Shown here piece by piece: positions 1 through 14,600 of a DNA stretch of 64,000 bases. The position numbers were made by a program, and so were the translations under genes. Where the stretch lies: NCBI GenBank assembly GCA_964016885.1, contig OZ024741.1, positions 264,554,001-264,618,000 of the forward strand, given 5' to 3'. Below the pieces are notes generated by a model. The model ran no database searches, had not been told where the DNA came from, and saw only the letters and a program-made list of their open reading frames with translations. The stretch comes from Eledone cirrhosa (taxonomy: Eukaryota). Each line of letters begins with the position of its first letter. Position 1 is the stretch's first letter.

Positions 1-3000
1 AGTTATACCAGTCCCACAGTGTGGTATGTGGAATAGTTATATCAGTCCCACAGTGTGGTATGTGGAATAGTTATACCAGTCCCATAGTGTGGTATGTGGT
101 ATAGTTATACCAGTCCCACAGTGTGGTATAGTTATACCAGTCCCACAGTGTGGCATGTGGTGTAGTTATACCAGTCCCACAGTGTGGTATGTGGTATAGT
201 TATACCAGTCCCACAGTGGTATGTGGTATAGTTATACCAGTCACACAGTGTGGTATAGTTATACCAGTCCCACAGTGTGGCATGTGGTGTAGTTATACCA
301 GTCCCACAGTGTGGTATGTGGTATAGTTATACCAGTCCCACAGTGTGGGATAAGCTATAGTTATACTAGTCTCACAGTGTGGTATGTGGTATTGTTATAC
401 CAGTCACACAGTGTGACATGTGGTGTAGTTATACCAGTCCCACAGTGTTGTATGTGGTATAGTTATACCAGTCCCATAGTGTGGTATAGTTATACCAGTC
501 CCACAGTGTGCTATAGTTATACCAGTCCTACAGTGTGGTGTGTGGTATAGTTACACCAGTCCCACAGTGTGGTATGTGCTATAGTTATACCAGTCCCACA
601 GCGTGGTATGTAGTATAGTTATACCAGTCCCTCAGTGTGGTATGTGGTATAGTTAAACCAGTGCCACAGTGTGGTATGTGCTATAGTTATACCAGTCCCA
701 CAGTGTGGTATGTGGTACAGTTCCACCAGACCCACAGTCTGGTATGTGGTATAGTTATACCAGTCCCACAGTGTGGTATGTGGTATAGTTACACCAGTCC
801 CACAGTGTGGTATGAGGTATAGTTATACCAGTCTCACAGTGTGGTATGTGGTATAGTTATACCAGTCCCACAGTGTGACATGTGGTGTAGTTATACCAGT
901 CCCACAGTGTGGTATGTGGTATAGTTATACCAGTCCCATAGTGTGGTATAGTTATACCAGTCCCACAGTGTGCTATAGTTATACCAGTCCCACAGTGTGG
1001 TGTGTGGTATAGTTATACCAGTCCCTCAGTGTGGTATGTGGTGTAGTAATACCAGTGCCACAGTGTGGTATGTGCTATAGTTATACCAGACCCACAGTGT
1101 GGTATGTGGTATAGTTATACCAGTCCAACATTGTGGTATGTGATACAGTTCCACCAGACCCACAGTCTGGTATGTGGTATAGTTATACCAGTCCCACAGT
1201 GTGGTGTGTGGTATAGTTATACCAGTCCCACAGTGTGGTATGTGGTATAGATATAACAGTCCGACAGTGTGGTAAGTTGTATAGTTATACCAGTCCATCA
1301 GTGGGTATGTGGTATAGTTACACTTGGCCCACAGTGTGGTATAGTTATACCAGTCCCACAGTGTGGTATGTGGTATAGTTATACCAGTCCCACAGTGTGG
1401 GATGTGCTATAGTCATACCAGTCCCACAGTGTGTTATGTGGTATAGTGACACCAGTCCCACAGTGTGGTATGTGGTGTAGTTATACCAGTCCCATAGTCT
1501 GGTATATGGGATAGTTATACCAGTCCCACAGTGTGGTATGTTGTATAGTAATACCAGTCCCACAGTGTGGTATGTGGTATAGTTATACCAGTCCCACAGT
1601 GTGGTATGTGGTATAGTTATACCAGTCCCATAGTGCGGTATAGTTACACCAGTCCCACAGTGTGGTGTGTGGTATAGTTATACCAGTCCCTCAGTGTGGT
1701 TTGTGGTGTAGTTATACCAGACCCACAGGGTGGTATGTGCTATAGTTATACCAGTCCCACAGTGTGGTATGTGGTATAGTTATACCAGTTCCGCATTGTG
1801 GTATGTGGTACAGTTCACCAGACCCACAGTCTGGTATGTGGTATAGTTATACCTGTCCCAAAGTGTGGTATGTGGTATAGTTAAACCAGTCCCACAGTGT
1901 GGTGTGTGGTATAGTTAAACCAATCCCACAGTGTGGTACGTGGTATAGTTATACCAGTCCCACAGTGTGTATAGTTACACCAGTCCCAAATAGTGGTATG
2001 TGGTATAGTTATACCAGTCCCACAGTGTGGTATGTGGTATAGATATACCAGTCTGACAGTGTGGTAAGTTGTATAGTTATACCAGTCCATCATTGGGTAT
2101 GTGGTATAGTTACACTAGGCCCACAGTGTGGTATAGTTATACCAGTCCCACAGTGTGGTATGTAGTATAGTTATACAAGTCCCACAGTGTGGTATAGTTA
2201 TACCAGTGCCACAGTGTGGTATGTGGTATAGTTATACTAGTCCCACAGTGTGGTATAGTTATACCTGTCCAGCAGTGTGGTATGGGATATAGTTATACCA
2301 GACCTACAGTGTGGTATGTGGTTTACTTACACCGGACCAACAGTGTGGTATGTGACATACATATACCAGTCCCACAGTGTGGTATAGTTATACCAGTCCC
2401 ACCGTGTGGTATGTTGTGTAGTTACACCAGTCCCACAGTGTGGTATGTGATATAGTTATACCAGTCTCACAGTGCGCTATAGTTATACCAGTCCCACAGT
2501 GTGGTATGTGGTATAGTTATACCAGTCCCACAGTGTGGTATGTGGTATAGTTATACCAGTCTCACAGTGCGCTATAGTTATACCAGACCTACAGTGTGGT
2601 ATGTAGTTTACTTACACCGGACCAACAGTGTGTTATGTGGCATACTTATACCAGTCCCACAGTGTGCTATAGTTATACCAGTACCTCAGTGTGGTATGCG
2701 GTATAGTTACACCAGTCTCACATTATGGTATGTGGTATAGTTATACCAGTCGCACAGTGTGGGATGTGCTATAGTTATACCAGTCCCACAGTGTGGTATG
2801 TGGTCTAGTGACACCAGCCCCACAGTGTGGTATGTGGTATAGTTATAGCAGTCCCATAGTCTGGTATGTGGTATAGTTATGCCAGTCCCACAGTGTGGTA
2901 TGTGGTCTAGTTATACCAGTCTCACAGTGTGGTATGTGGTATAGTTATACCAGTCCCATAGTGTGGTATAGTTATACCAGTCCCACAGTGTGCTATAGTT

Positions 3001-6000
3001 ATACCAGTCCCACAGTGTGGTGTGTGGTATAGTTATACCAGTCCCTCAGTGTGGTGTGTGGTGTAGTTATACCAGTCCCACAGTGTGGTATGTGCTATAG
3101 TTATACCAGTCCCACAGTGTGGTATGTAGTATAGTTATACAAGTCCCACAGTGTGGTATAGTTATACCAGTGCCACAGTGTGGTATGTGGTATAGTTATA
3201 CTAGTCCCACAGTGTGGTATAGTTATACCTGTCCAGCAGTGTGGTATGGGATATAGTTATACCAGACCTACAGTGTGGTATGTGGTTTACTTACACCGGA
3301 CCAACAGTGTGGTATGTGACATACATATACCAGTCCCGCAGTGTGGTATAGTTATACCAGTCCCACCGTGTGGTATGTTGTGTAGTTACACCAGTCCCAC
3401 AGTGTGGTATGTGGTATAGTTATACCAGTCTCACAGTGCGCTATAGTTATACCAGTCCCACAGTGTGGTATGTGGTATAGTTATACCAGTCCCACAGTGT
3501 GGTATGTGGTATAGTTATACCAGTCTCACAGTGCGCTATAGTTATACCAGACCTACAGTGTGGTATGTGGTTTACTTACACCGGACCAACAGTGTGTTAT
3601 GTGGCATACTTATACCAGTCCCTCAGTGTGGTATGCGGTATAGTTACACCAGTCTCACATTATGGTATGTGGTATAGTTATACCAGTCGCACAGTGTGGG
3701 ATGTGCTATAGTTATACCAGTCCCACAGTGTGGTATGTGGTCTAGTGACACCAGCCCCACAGTGTGGTATGTGGTATAGTTATAGCAGTCCCATAGTCTG
3801 GTATGTGGTATAGTTATACAAGTCCCACAGTGTGGTATGTGGTCTAGTTATACCAGTCTCACAGTGTGGTATGTGGTATAGTTATACCAGTCCCATAGTG
3901 TGGTATAGTTATACCAGTCCCACAGTGTGCTATAGTTATACCAGTCCCACAGTGTGGTGTGTGGTGTGTGGTGTTGTTATACCAGTCCCACAGTGTGGTA
4001 TGTGCTATAGTTATACCAGTCCCACAGTGTGGTATGTGGTATAGTTATACCAGTCCCACATTGTGGTATGTGGTACAGTTCCACCAGACCCACAGTCTGG
4101 TGTGTGGTATAGTTATACCAGTCCCAAAGTGTGGTATGTTGTATATTTACACTAGTCCCACAGTGTGGTATGTGGTATAGTTATACCAATCTTACATTGT
4201 GGTACGTGGTATAGTTATACCAGTCCCACAGTGTGTATAGTTACACCAGTCCCAAATAGTGGTATGTGGTATAGTTATACCAGTCCCACAGTGTGGTATG
4301 TGGTATAGTTATACCAGTCCCACAGTGTGGTATGTGGTATAGATATACCAGTCCGACAGTGTGGTAAGTTGTATAGGTATACCAGTCCATCAGTGGGTAG
4401 GTGGTATAGTTACACTAGGCCCACAGTGTGGTATAGTTATACCAGTCCCACAGTGTGCTATAGTTATACCAGTCCTACAGTGTGGTGTGTGGTATAGTTA
4501 TACCAGTCCCACAGTATGGTATAGTTATACCAGTCTCACTGTGTGGTATAGTTATACATGTCCCACAGTGTGGTATGTGGTATAGTTGTACCAGCCACAC
4601 AGTGTGGTCTAGTTATACCAGTCCCACAGTGTGCTATAGTTATACCAGTCCTAAAGTATGGTGTGTGGTATAGTTATACCTGTCCCACAGTGTGGTATGT
4701 GGTGTAGTTATAGCAGTCTCACAGTGTGGTATGTCGTGTAGTTATACCAGTCCCACAGTGTGGTATGTGGTATAGTTACACCAGTCTCACAGTGTGGTAT
4801 ATTTATACCAGTCCCACAGTGTGGTATAGTTATACCAGTCCCACAGTGTGGTATGTGGTATAGTTATACCAGACCCACAGTGTGGTATGTGGTATAGTTA
4901 CACCAGTCTCACAGTATGGTATGTGGTATAGTTATACCAGTCCCACAGTGTGGTATGTGGTATAGTGACACCAGCCCCACAGTGTGGTATGTGGTATAGT
5001 TATACCAGTCCCACAGTGTGGTATGTGGTATAGTGACACCAGTGCCACAGTGTGGTATATAGTATATTTATACCAGTCTCCCAGTGTGGTCTGTGTTATA
5101 GTTATACCAGTCCCACAGTGTGGTATGTGGTATAGTTATTCCAGTCCCACAGTGTGGTATGTGGTATAGTTATACCAGTCCCATAGTGTGGTATAGTTGT
5201 ACCAGTCCCACCGTGTGCTATAGTTATACCATCCCACAGTGTGGTATGTTGTATAGTTACACCAGTCCCACAGTGTGGTATGTGGTATAGTTATACCAGT
5301 CCCACAGTGCGCTATAGTTATACCAGTCCCACAGTGTGGTATAGTTATACCAGTCCAGCAGTGTGGTATGTGCTATAGTTATACCAGACCTACAGTGCGG
5401 TATGTGGTTTACTTAAACCAGACCAACAGTGTGGTATGTGTCATACTTATACCAGTCCAACATTGTGGTATTGTTATACCAGACACACAGTGTGGTATGT
5501 GGTATAGTTATACCATTCCCACAGTGCGGTATGTTGTATAGTTACACCAGTCCCACAGTATGGTATGTGGTATAGTTATACCAGTCTCACAGTGCGCTAT
5601 AGTTATACCAGTCCCACAGTGTACTATAGTTATACCAGTCCCACAGTGTGGTATGTGGTATAGTTATATCAGACCCACGGTATGGTATGTGGTATAGTTA
5701 TACCAGTCCCACAGTGTGGTATATGGTATAGTTATACCAGTCTCACAGTGTGGTATGTGGATTAGTTACACCAGACCCTCAGTGTAGTATGTTGTATAGT
5801 TATACCAGTTCCACAGTGGTATGTGGTATAGTTATACCAGTCCCACAGTGTGGTATAGTTATACCAGTCCCACAGCGGTGTATAGTTATACAAGTCCCAC
5901 AGTGTGGTATGTGGTATAGTTATACCAGCCACACAGTGTGGTATAGTTATACCAGTCCCACAGTGTGCTACAGTTATACCAGTCCCAAAGTTTGGTGTGT

Positions 6001-6409
6001 GTGGTATAGTTAAACCATTCCCACAGTGTGGTATGTGGTGTAGTTATACCAGTCTCACAGTGTGGTATGTGGTAGTGTTATACCAGTCCCACAGTGTGTA
6101 TAGTTACACCAGTCCCACATTGTGGTATGTGGTATAGTTATACCAGTCCCACAGTGTGGTAAGTGGTATAGTTATACCAGCCCCACAGTGCGGTATAATT
6201 ATACCATACCCATATTGTGGTATGTACTATAATTATACCAGTCCTACAGTGTGGTATGTGGTATAGATATACTAGTCAGACAGTGTGGTAAGTTGTATAG
6301 TTCTACCAGTCCATCAGTGTGGTATGTGGTATAGTTACACTAGTCCCACAGTGTGGTATAGTTATACCAGTCCCACTGTGTGGTATAGTTATAACAGTCC
6401 GACAGTGTG

Positions 6410-9400
6410 ATATGTGGTATAGTTAAACCAGACCCACAGTGTTGTATGTGGTATTGTTATACCAGTCCCACAGTGTCGTATGTGGTATAGTTATACCAGT
6501 ACCATAGTGTGGTATGTGGTATAGTTATACCAGTCCCACAGTGTGGTATGTGGTATAGATGTACGAGTCCCACAGTGTGGTATTTGGTATAGTTATAACA
6601 GTGCCACAGTGTGCTATAGTTATACCAGTCGCACAGAGTGGTATGTGGTATAGTTAAACCAGTCCCAGAGTGTGGTATGTGGTATAGTTATACCAGTCCC
6701 ACAGTGTGGTATGTGGTATAGTTATACGAGTCCCACAGTGTGGTATGTGGTGTAGTTATACCAGTCCCAGTGTGGTATGTGGTATAATAATACCAGTCTC
6801 ACTGTGTGTATAGTTACACCAGTCCCACATTGTGGTATATGGTATAGTTATACCAGTCACACAGTGTGGTATGTGGATAGTTAAAACCAGACCCACAGTA
6901 TGGTATACGGTATAGTTATACCAGACCCATAGTGTGGTATGAGGTATAGTTACACCAGTCTCACAGTTTGGTATGTGGTATAGTTAGACCAGTCCAACAG
7001 TGTGGTATGTGGTTTAGTTACACCAGACCCACAGTGTGGTATGTGGTATAGTTATACCAGTTCCACAGTGGTATGTTGTATAGTTAAACCAGTCCCACAG
7101 TGTGGTATGTGCTATAGTTATACCAGTCCAACAGTGTGGTGTGTGGTATAGTTAAACCAGTCCCACAGTGTGGTATGTGGTATAGTTATACCAGCCGCAC
7201 AGTGTGGTATAATTATACCAGACCCACATTGTGGTATGTGGTATAGTTATAACACTTCTACAGTGTGGTATGTGGTATAGATATACCAGTCCCACATTGT
7301 GGTAAGTTGTATAGTTCTACCAGTCCATCTGTGTGGTATGTGGTATAGTTACACTAATCCCACAGTGTGGTATAGTTATACCAGTTCGACAGTGTGCTAT
7401 AGTTATACCAGTCACGCAGTGTGGTATGTGGTATAGTTATACCAGACACACAGTGTGGTATAGTCATACTAGACACACAGTGTGGTATGTGGAATAGTTA
7501 CACCAGACCCGCAGTGTGGTATGTCGTATAGTTATACCAGACCCACAGTGTGGTATCTGTACACTTATACCAGTCCCACAGTGTGGTATAGTTATACCAG
7601 TCCCACAGTGTGATATATGGTATAGTTATACGAGTCCCACAGTGTCGTTAGTGGTGTAGTTATACCAGTCCCAGTGTGGTATGTGGTATAATTATACCAG
7701 TCTCACAGTGTGTATAGTTACACCAGTCCCACATTGTGTTATAAGGTATAGTTATACCAGTCACAGAGTGTGGTATGTGGTATAGTTAAAACCAGACCCA
7801 CAGTATGGTATACGGTATAGTTATACCAGTCCCATAGTGTGGTATCTGGTATACTTACACCAGTCTCACAGTTTGGTATGTGGTATAGTTATACCAGTCC
7901 CACACTGTGGTATGTGGTATAGTTATACCAGTCCCACAGTGTGGTAGGTGGTATAGATATACCAGTCCGACAGTGTTGTAAGTTGTATAGTTATACCAGT
8001 CCATCAGTGTGGTATGTGGTATAGTTATACCAGTCCCACAGCCTGCTATAGTTATACTAGTCCCACAGTGTGGTATAGTTATACTATTCGACAGTGTGCT
8101 ATAGTTATACCAGTCACGCAGTGTGGTATGTGGTATAGTTATACCAGACACACCGTGTGGTATAGTCATACTAGACACACAGTGTGGTATGTGGTATAGT
8201 TACACCAGACCCGCAGTGTGGTATGTCGTATAGTTATACCTGTCCCACAGTGTGGTATGTGGTATAGTTATACCAGTCCCACAATGTGGTATGTGAAGTA
8301 GTTATACCAGTCCCACAGTGAAATAGGTGGTATAGTTAAGCCAGTTCCACAGTGTGGTATGTGGTATAGTTACACCAGTCCCACAGTGTGCTATATTTAT
8401 ACCAGTCCCACAGTGGGGTATGTGGTATATTTATACCAGTCCCACAGTGTGGTATGTGGTATAGTTAAACCAGACCCACAGTGTTGTATGTGGTATTGTT
8501 ATACCAGTCCCACAGTGTCGTATGTGGTATAGTTATACCAGTACCATAGTGTGGTATGTGGTATAGTTATACCAGTCCCACAGTGTGGTATGTGGTATAG
8601 ATGTACGAGTCCCACAGTGTGGTATTTGGTATAGTTATAACAGTGCCACAGTGTGCTATAGTTATACCAGTCGCACAGAGTGGTATGTGGTATAGTTAAA
8701 CCAGTCCCAGAGTGTGGTATGTGGTATAGTTATACCAGTCCCACAGTGTGGTATGTGGTATAGTTATACGAGTCCCACAGTGTGGTATGTGGTGTAGTTA
8801 TACCAGTCCCAGTGTGGTATGTGGTATAATAATACCAGTCTCACTGTGTGTATAGTTACACCAGTCCCACATTGTGGTATATGGTATAGTTATACCAGTC
8901 ACACAGTGTGGTATGTGGATAGTTAAAACCAGACCCACAGTATGGTATACGGTATAGTTATACCAGACCCATAGTGTGGTATGAGGTATAGTTACACCAG
9001 TCTCACAGTTTGGTATGTGGTATAGTTAGACCAGTCCAACAGTGTGGTATGTGGTTTAGTTACACCAGACCCACAGTGTGGTATGTGGTATAGTTATACC
9101 AGTTCCACAGTGGTATGTTGTATAGTTAAACCAGTCCCACAGTGTGGTATGTGCTATAGTTATACCAGTCCAACAGTGTGGTGTGTGGTATAGTTAAACC
9201 AGTCCCACAGTGTGGTATGTGGTATAGTTATACCAGCCGCACAGTGTGGTATAATTATACCAGACCCACATTGTGGTATGTGGTATAGTTATAACACTTC
9301 TACAGTGTGGTATGTGGTATAGATATACCAGTCCCACATTGTGGTAAGTTGTATAGTTCTACCAGTCCATCTGTGTGGTATGTGGTATAGTTACACTAAT

Positions 9401-10500
9401 CCCACAGTGTGGTATAGTTATACCAGTTCGACAGTGTGCTATAGTTATACCAGTCACGCAGTGTGGTATGTGGTATAGTTATACCAGACACACAGTGTGG
9501 TATAGTCATACTAGACACACAGTGTGGTATGTGGAATAGTTACACCAGACCCGCAGTGTGGTATGTCGTATAGTTATACCAGACCCACAGTGTGGTATCT
9601 GTACACTTATACCAGTCCCACAGTGTGGTATAGTTATACCAGTCCCACAGTGTGATATATGGTATAGTTATACGAGTCCCACAGTGTCGTTAGTGGTGTA
9701 GTTATACCAGTCCCAGTGTGGTATGTGGTATAATTATACCAGTCTCACAGTGTGTATAGTTACACCAGTCCCACATTGTGTTATAAGGTATAGTTATACC
9801 AGTCACAGAGTGTGGTATGTGGTATAGTTAAAACCAGACCCACAGTATGGTATACGGTATAGTTATACCAGTCCCATAGTGTGGTATCTGGTATACTTAC
9901 ACCAGTCTCACAGTTTGGTATGTGGTATAGTTATACCAGTCCCACACTGTGGTATGTGGTATAGTTATACCAGTCCCACAGTGTGGTAGGTGGTATAGAT
10001 ATACCAGTCCGACAGTGTTGTAAGTTGTATAGTTATACCAGTCCATCAGTGTGGTATGTGGTATAGTTATACCAGTCCCACAGCCTGCTATAGTTATACT
10101 AGTCCCACAGTGTGGTATAGTTATACTATTCGACAGTGTGCTATAGTTATACCAGTCACGCAGTGTGGTATGTGGTATAGTTATACCAGACACACCGTGT
10201 GGTATAGTCATACTAGACACACAGTGTGGTATGTGGTATAGTTACACCAGACCCGCAGTGTGGTATGTCGTATAGTTATACCTGTCCCACAGTGTGGTAT
10301 GTGGTATAGTTATACCAGTCCCACAATGTGGTATGTGAAGTAGTTATACCAGTCCCACAGTGAAATAGGTGGTATAGTTAAGCCAGTTCCACAGTGTGGT
10401 ATGTGGTATAGTTACACCAGTCCCACAGTGTGCTATATTTATACCAGTCCCACAGTGGGGTATGTGGTATATTTATACCAGTCCCACAGTGTGGTATGTG
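6410..10500. repeat. Tandem duplication within the satellite, period 2042 bp
   Basis: Identical ORF translations at 7855/9897 and 8014/10056; diagnostic variants recur at +2042. Ends approximate. Confidence 0.9.
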
Positions 10501-11605
10501 GTATAGTTATACCAGTCCCACAGTGTGGTATGTGGTATAGTTATACCAGTTCCACAGTGCTATGTTGTATAGTTATACCAGTCCCACAGTGTGGTATGTG
10601 CTATAGTTATACCAGTCCAAAAGTGTGGTGTGTGGTATAGTTAAACCAGTCCCACAGTGTGGTATGTGGTATAGTTATAACACTTCTACAGTGTGGTATG
10701 TGGTATAGATATACCAGTCCCACATTGTGGTAAGTTGTATAGTTCTACCAGTCCATCAGTGTGGTATGTGGTATAGTTACACTAGTCTCACAGTGTGGTA
10801 TATTTATACGAGTCCCACAGTGTGGTATGTGGTATAGTTATACCAGTCCCACAACCAGCTATAGTTGTACCAGTCCCACAGTTTGGTATGTTGTATAGTT
10901 ATCCCAGACCCACAGTGTGGTATGTGGTATAGTTATTCCTGACCCACAGTGTGGTATCTGGTACACTTATACCAGTCCCACAGTGTGGTATAGTTATACC
11001 AGTCCCACAGTGTGGTATGTGGTATAGTTATACGAGTCCCACAGTGTGGTATGTAGTATAGTTACACCAGACCCACAGAGTGGTATTTTGTGTAGTTATA
11101 CCAGTCCCACACTGTGGTATGTGGTATAGTTATACCAGTCCCACAGTGTGGTAGGTGGTATAGATATACCAGTCCGACAGTGTGGTAAGTTGTATAGTTA
11201 TACCAGTCCATCAGTGTGGTATGTGGTATAGTTATACCAGTCCCACAGCCTGCTATAGTTATACTAGTCACACAGTGTGGTATAGTTATACTATTCGACA
11301 GTGTGCTATAGTTATACCAGTCACGCAGTGTGGTATGTGGTATAGTTATACCAGACACACAGTGTGGTATAGTCATACTAGACACACAGTGTGGTATGTG
11401 GTATAGTTACACCAGACCCGCAGTGTGGTATGCCGTATAGTTATACCTGTCCCACAGTGTGGTATGTGGCATAGTTATACCAGTCCCACAATGTGGTATG
11501 TGAAGTAGTTATACCAGTCCCACAGTGAAGTATGTGGTATAGTTAAGCCAGTTCCACAGTGTGGTATGTGGTATAGTTACACCAGTCCCACAGTGTGCTA
11601 TATTT

Positions 11606-14600
11606 ATACCAGTCCCACAGTGGGGTGTGTGGTATATTTACACCAGTCCCACAGTGTGGTATGTGGTATAGTTATACCAGTCCCACAGTGTGGTATGTGG
11701 TATAGTTATACCAGTTCAACAGTGTGGTATGTGGTATAGTTACACCAGACCCACAGTGTGGTATGTGGTATAGTTATACCAGTCCCACAGTGTGGTATGT
11801 GGTATAGTTACACCAGACCCACATTGTGATATGTGGTATAGTTATACCAGACCCAAAGTGTGGTATGTGGTATAGTTATACCGGACTCACAGTGTGGTAT
11901 AGTTTTACCAGACCCACAGTGTGGTATAGTTATACCAGTCCCGCAGTGTGGTATGTGATATAGTTATACCAGTCCCACAGTGTGGTATGTGGTATAGTTA
12001 CACCAGACCCACAGTGTGGTATGTGGTATAGTTATACCAGTCCCACAGTGTGGTATGTTGCATAGTTATACCAGACCCACAGTGTGGTAAGTTGTATAGT
12101 TAAACCAGACCCACAGTATGGTATGTGGTATAGATATACCAGTTCCACAGTGTGGTATCTGGTATATTTATACCAGTCGCACAGTGTGGTATGTGGTTTA
12201 CTTACACCAGACCAACAGTGTGGTATGTGGCATCCTTATACCAGTCTCACAGTGTGCTATAGTTATACCAGACCCACAGTGTGGTATGTGGTATAGTTAT
12301 ATCAGTCCCACAGTGTGCTATAGTTATACCAGTCCCGCAGTGTGCTATAGTTATACCAGTCCCACAGTGTGGTATGTGGTATAGTTATACCAGACCCACA
12401 GTGTGGTATGTGGTATAGTTACACCAGAACCACAGTATGGTATGTGGTATAGTTATACCAGTCTCACGGTGTGGTATTTGGTATAGTGATACCAGTCCCA
12501 CAGTGTGCTATGTGGTTTAGTTACACCAGACCCACAGTGTGGTATGTTGTATAGTTATACCAGTCCCACAGTGGTATGTGGTATAGTTATACCAGTCCCA
12601 CAGTGTGGTATAGTTATACCAGTCCCACTGTTTGGTATAGTTATACAAGTCCCACAGTGTGGTATGTGGTATAGTTATACCAGCCACACAGTGTGGTCTA
12701 GTTATACCAGTCCCACAGTGTGCTATAGTTATACCAGTCCCAAAGTGTGGTGTGTGGTATAGTTGTACCAGTCTCACAGTGTGGTATGTGGTGTAGTTAT
12801 ACCAGTCCCACTGTGCGGTATGTGGTATAGTTACACCAGTCTCACAGTGTGGTATATTTATACCAGTCCCACAGTGTGCCATAGTTATACCAGTCCCACA
12901 GTGTGGTGTGTGGTATAGTTATACCAGACCCACAGTGTGGTATTTGGCATAGTTACACCAGACCCACAGTGTGGTATGCGGTATAGTTATACCAGTCCCA
13001 CAGTGTGGTATGTGGTATAGTTACACCAGTCTCACAGTATGGTATGTGGTATAGTTATACCAGTCCCAGAGTGTGTAATGTGCTATAGTTATACCAGTCC
13101 CACAGTGTGGTATGTGGTATAGTTATACCAGTCCCACAGTGTGGTATGTGGTTTAGTGACACCAGTGCCCCAGTGTGGTATATAGTATAGTTATACCAGT
13201 CTCCCAGTGTGGTCTGTGGTATAGTTATACCAGTCCCACAGTGTGGTATGTGGTATAGTTATACCAGGCGCACAGTGTGGTATAATTATACCAGACACAC
13301 ATTGTGGTATGTGGTATAGTTATAACACTTCTACAGTGTGGTATGTGGTATAGATATACCAGTCCCACATTGTGGTAAGTTGTATAGTTATACCAGACCC
13401 ACAGTGTGGTAAGTGGTTAAGTTACACCAGAGTCACAGTGTGATATGTGGTATAGTTATACCAGACCCACAGTGTGGTATGTGGTATAGTTATACCAGAC
13501 CCACAGTGTGGTATCTGTACACTTATACCAGTCCCACAGTGTGGTATAGTTATACCAGTCCCACAGTATGGTATAGTTATACCAGTCCCACAGTGTGATA
13601 TGTGGTATAGTTATACGAATCCCACAGTGTGGTATGTGGTGTAGTTATACCAGTCCCAGTGTGGTATGTGGTATAATTATACCAGTCTCACAGTGTGTAT
13701 AGTTAAACCAGTCCCACATTGTGTTATAAGGTATAGTTATACCAGTCACATAGTGTGGTATGTGGTATAGTTAAAACCAGACCCACAGTATGGTATACGG
13801 TATAGTTATACCAGTCCCATAGTGTGGTATGTGGTATACTTACACCAGTCTCACAGTTTGGTATGTGGTTTAGTTACACCAGACCCACAGTGTGGTATGT
13901 GGTATAGTTATACCAGTTCCACAGTGCTATGTTGTATAGTTATACCAGTCCCACAGTGTGGTATGTTCTATATTTATACCAGTCCAACAGTGTGGAGTGT
14001 GGTATAGTTAAACCAGTCCCACAGTGTGGTATGTGATATAGTTATACCAGCCGCACAGTGTGGTATAATTATACCAGACCCACATTGTGGTATGTGGTAT
14101 AGTTATAACACATCTACAGTGTGGTATGTGGTATAGATATACCAGTCCCACATTGTGGTAAGTTGTATAGTTCTACCAGTCCATCAGTGTGGTATGTGGT
14201 ATAGTTACACTAGTCTCACAGTTTGGTATAGTTATACGAGTCCCACAGTGTGGTATGTGGTATAGTTATACCAGTCCCACAACCAGCTATAGTTGTACCA
14301 GTCCCACAGTGTGGTATGTTGTATAGTTATCCCAGACCCACAGTGTGGTATGTGGTATAGTTATTCCTGACCCACAGTGTGGTATCTGGTACACTTATAC
14401 CAGTCCCACAGTGTGGTATAGTTATACCAGTCCCACAGTGTGGTATAGTTATACCAGTCCCACAGTGTGATATGTGGTATAGTTATACGAGTCCCACAGT
14501 GTGGTATGTAGTATAGTTACACCAGACCCACAGAGTGGTATTTTGTGTAGTTATACCAGTCCCACATTGTGGTATGTGGTATAGTTATACCAGTCCCACA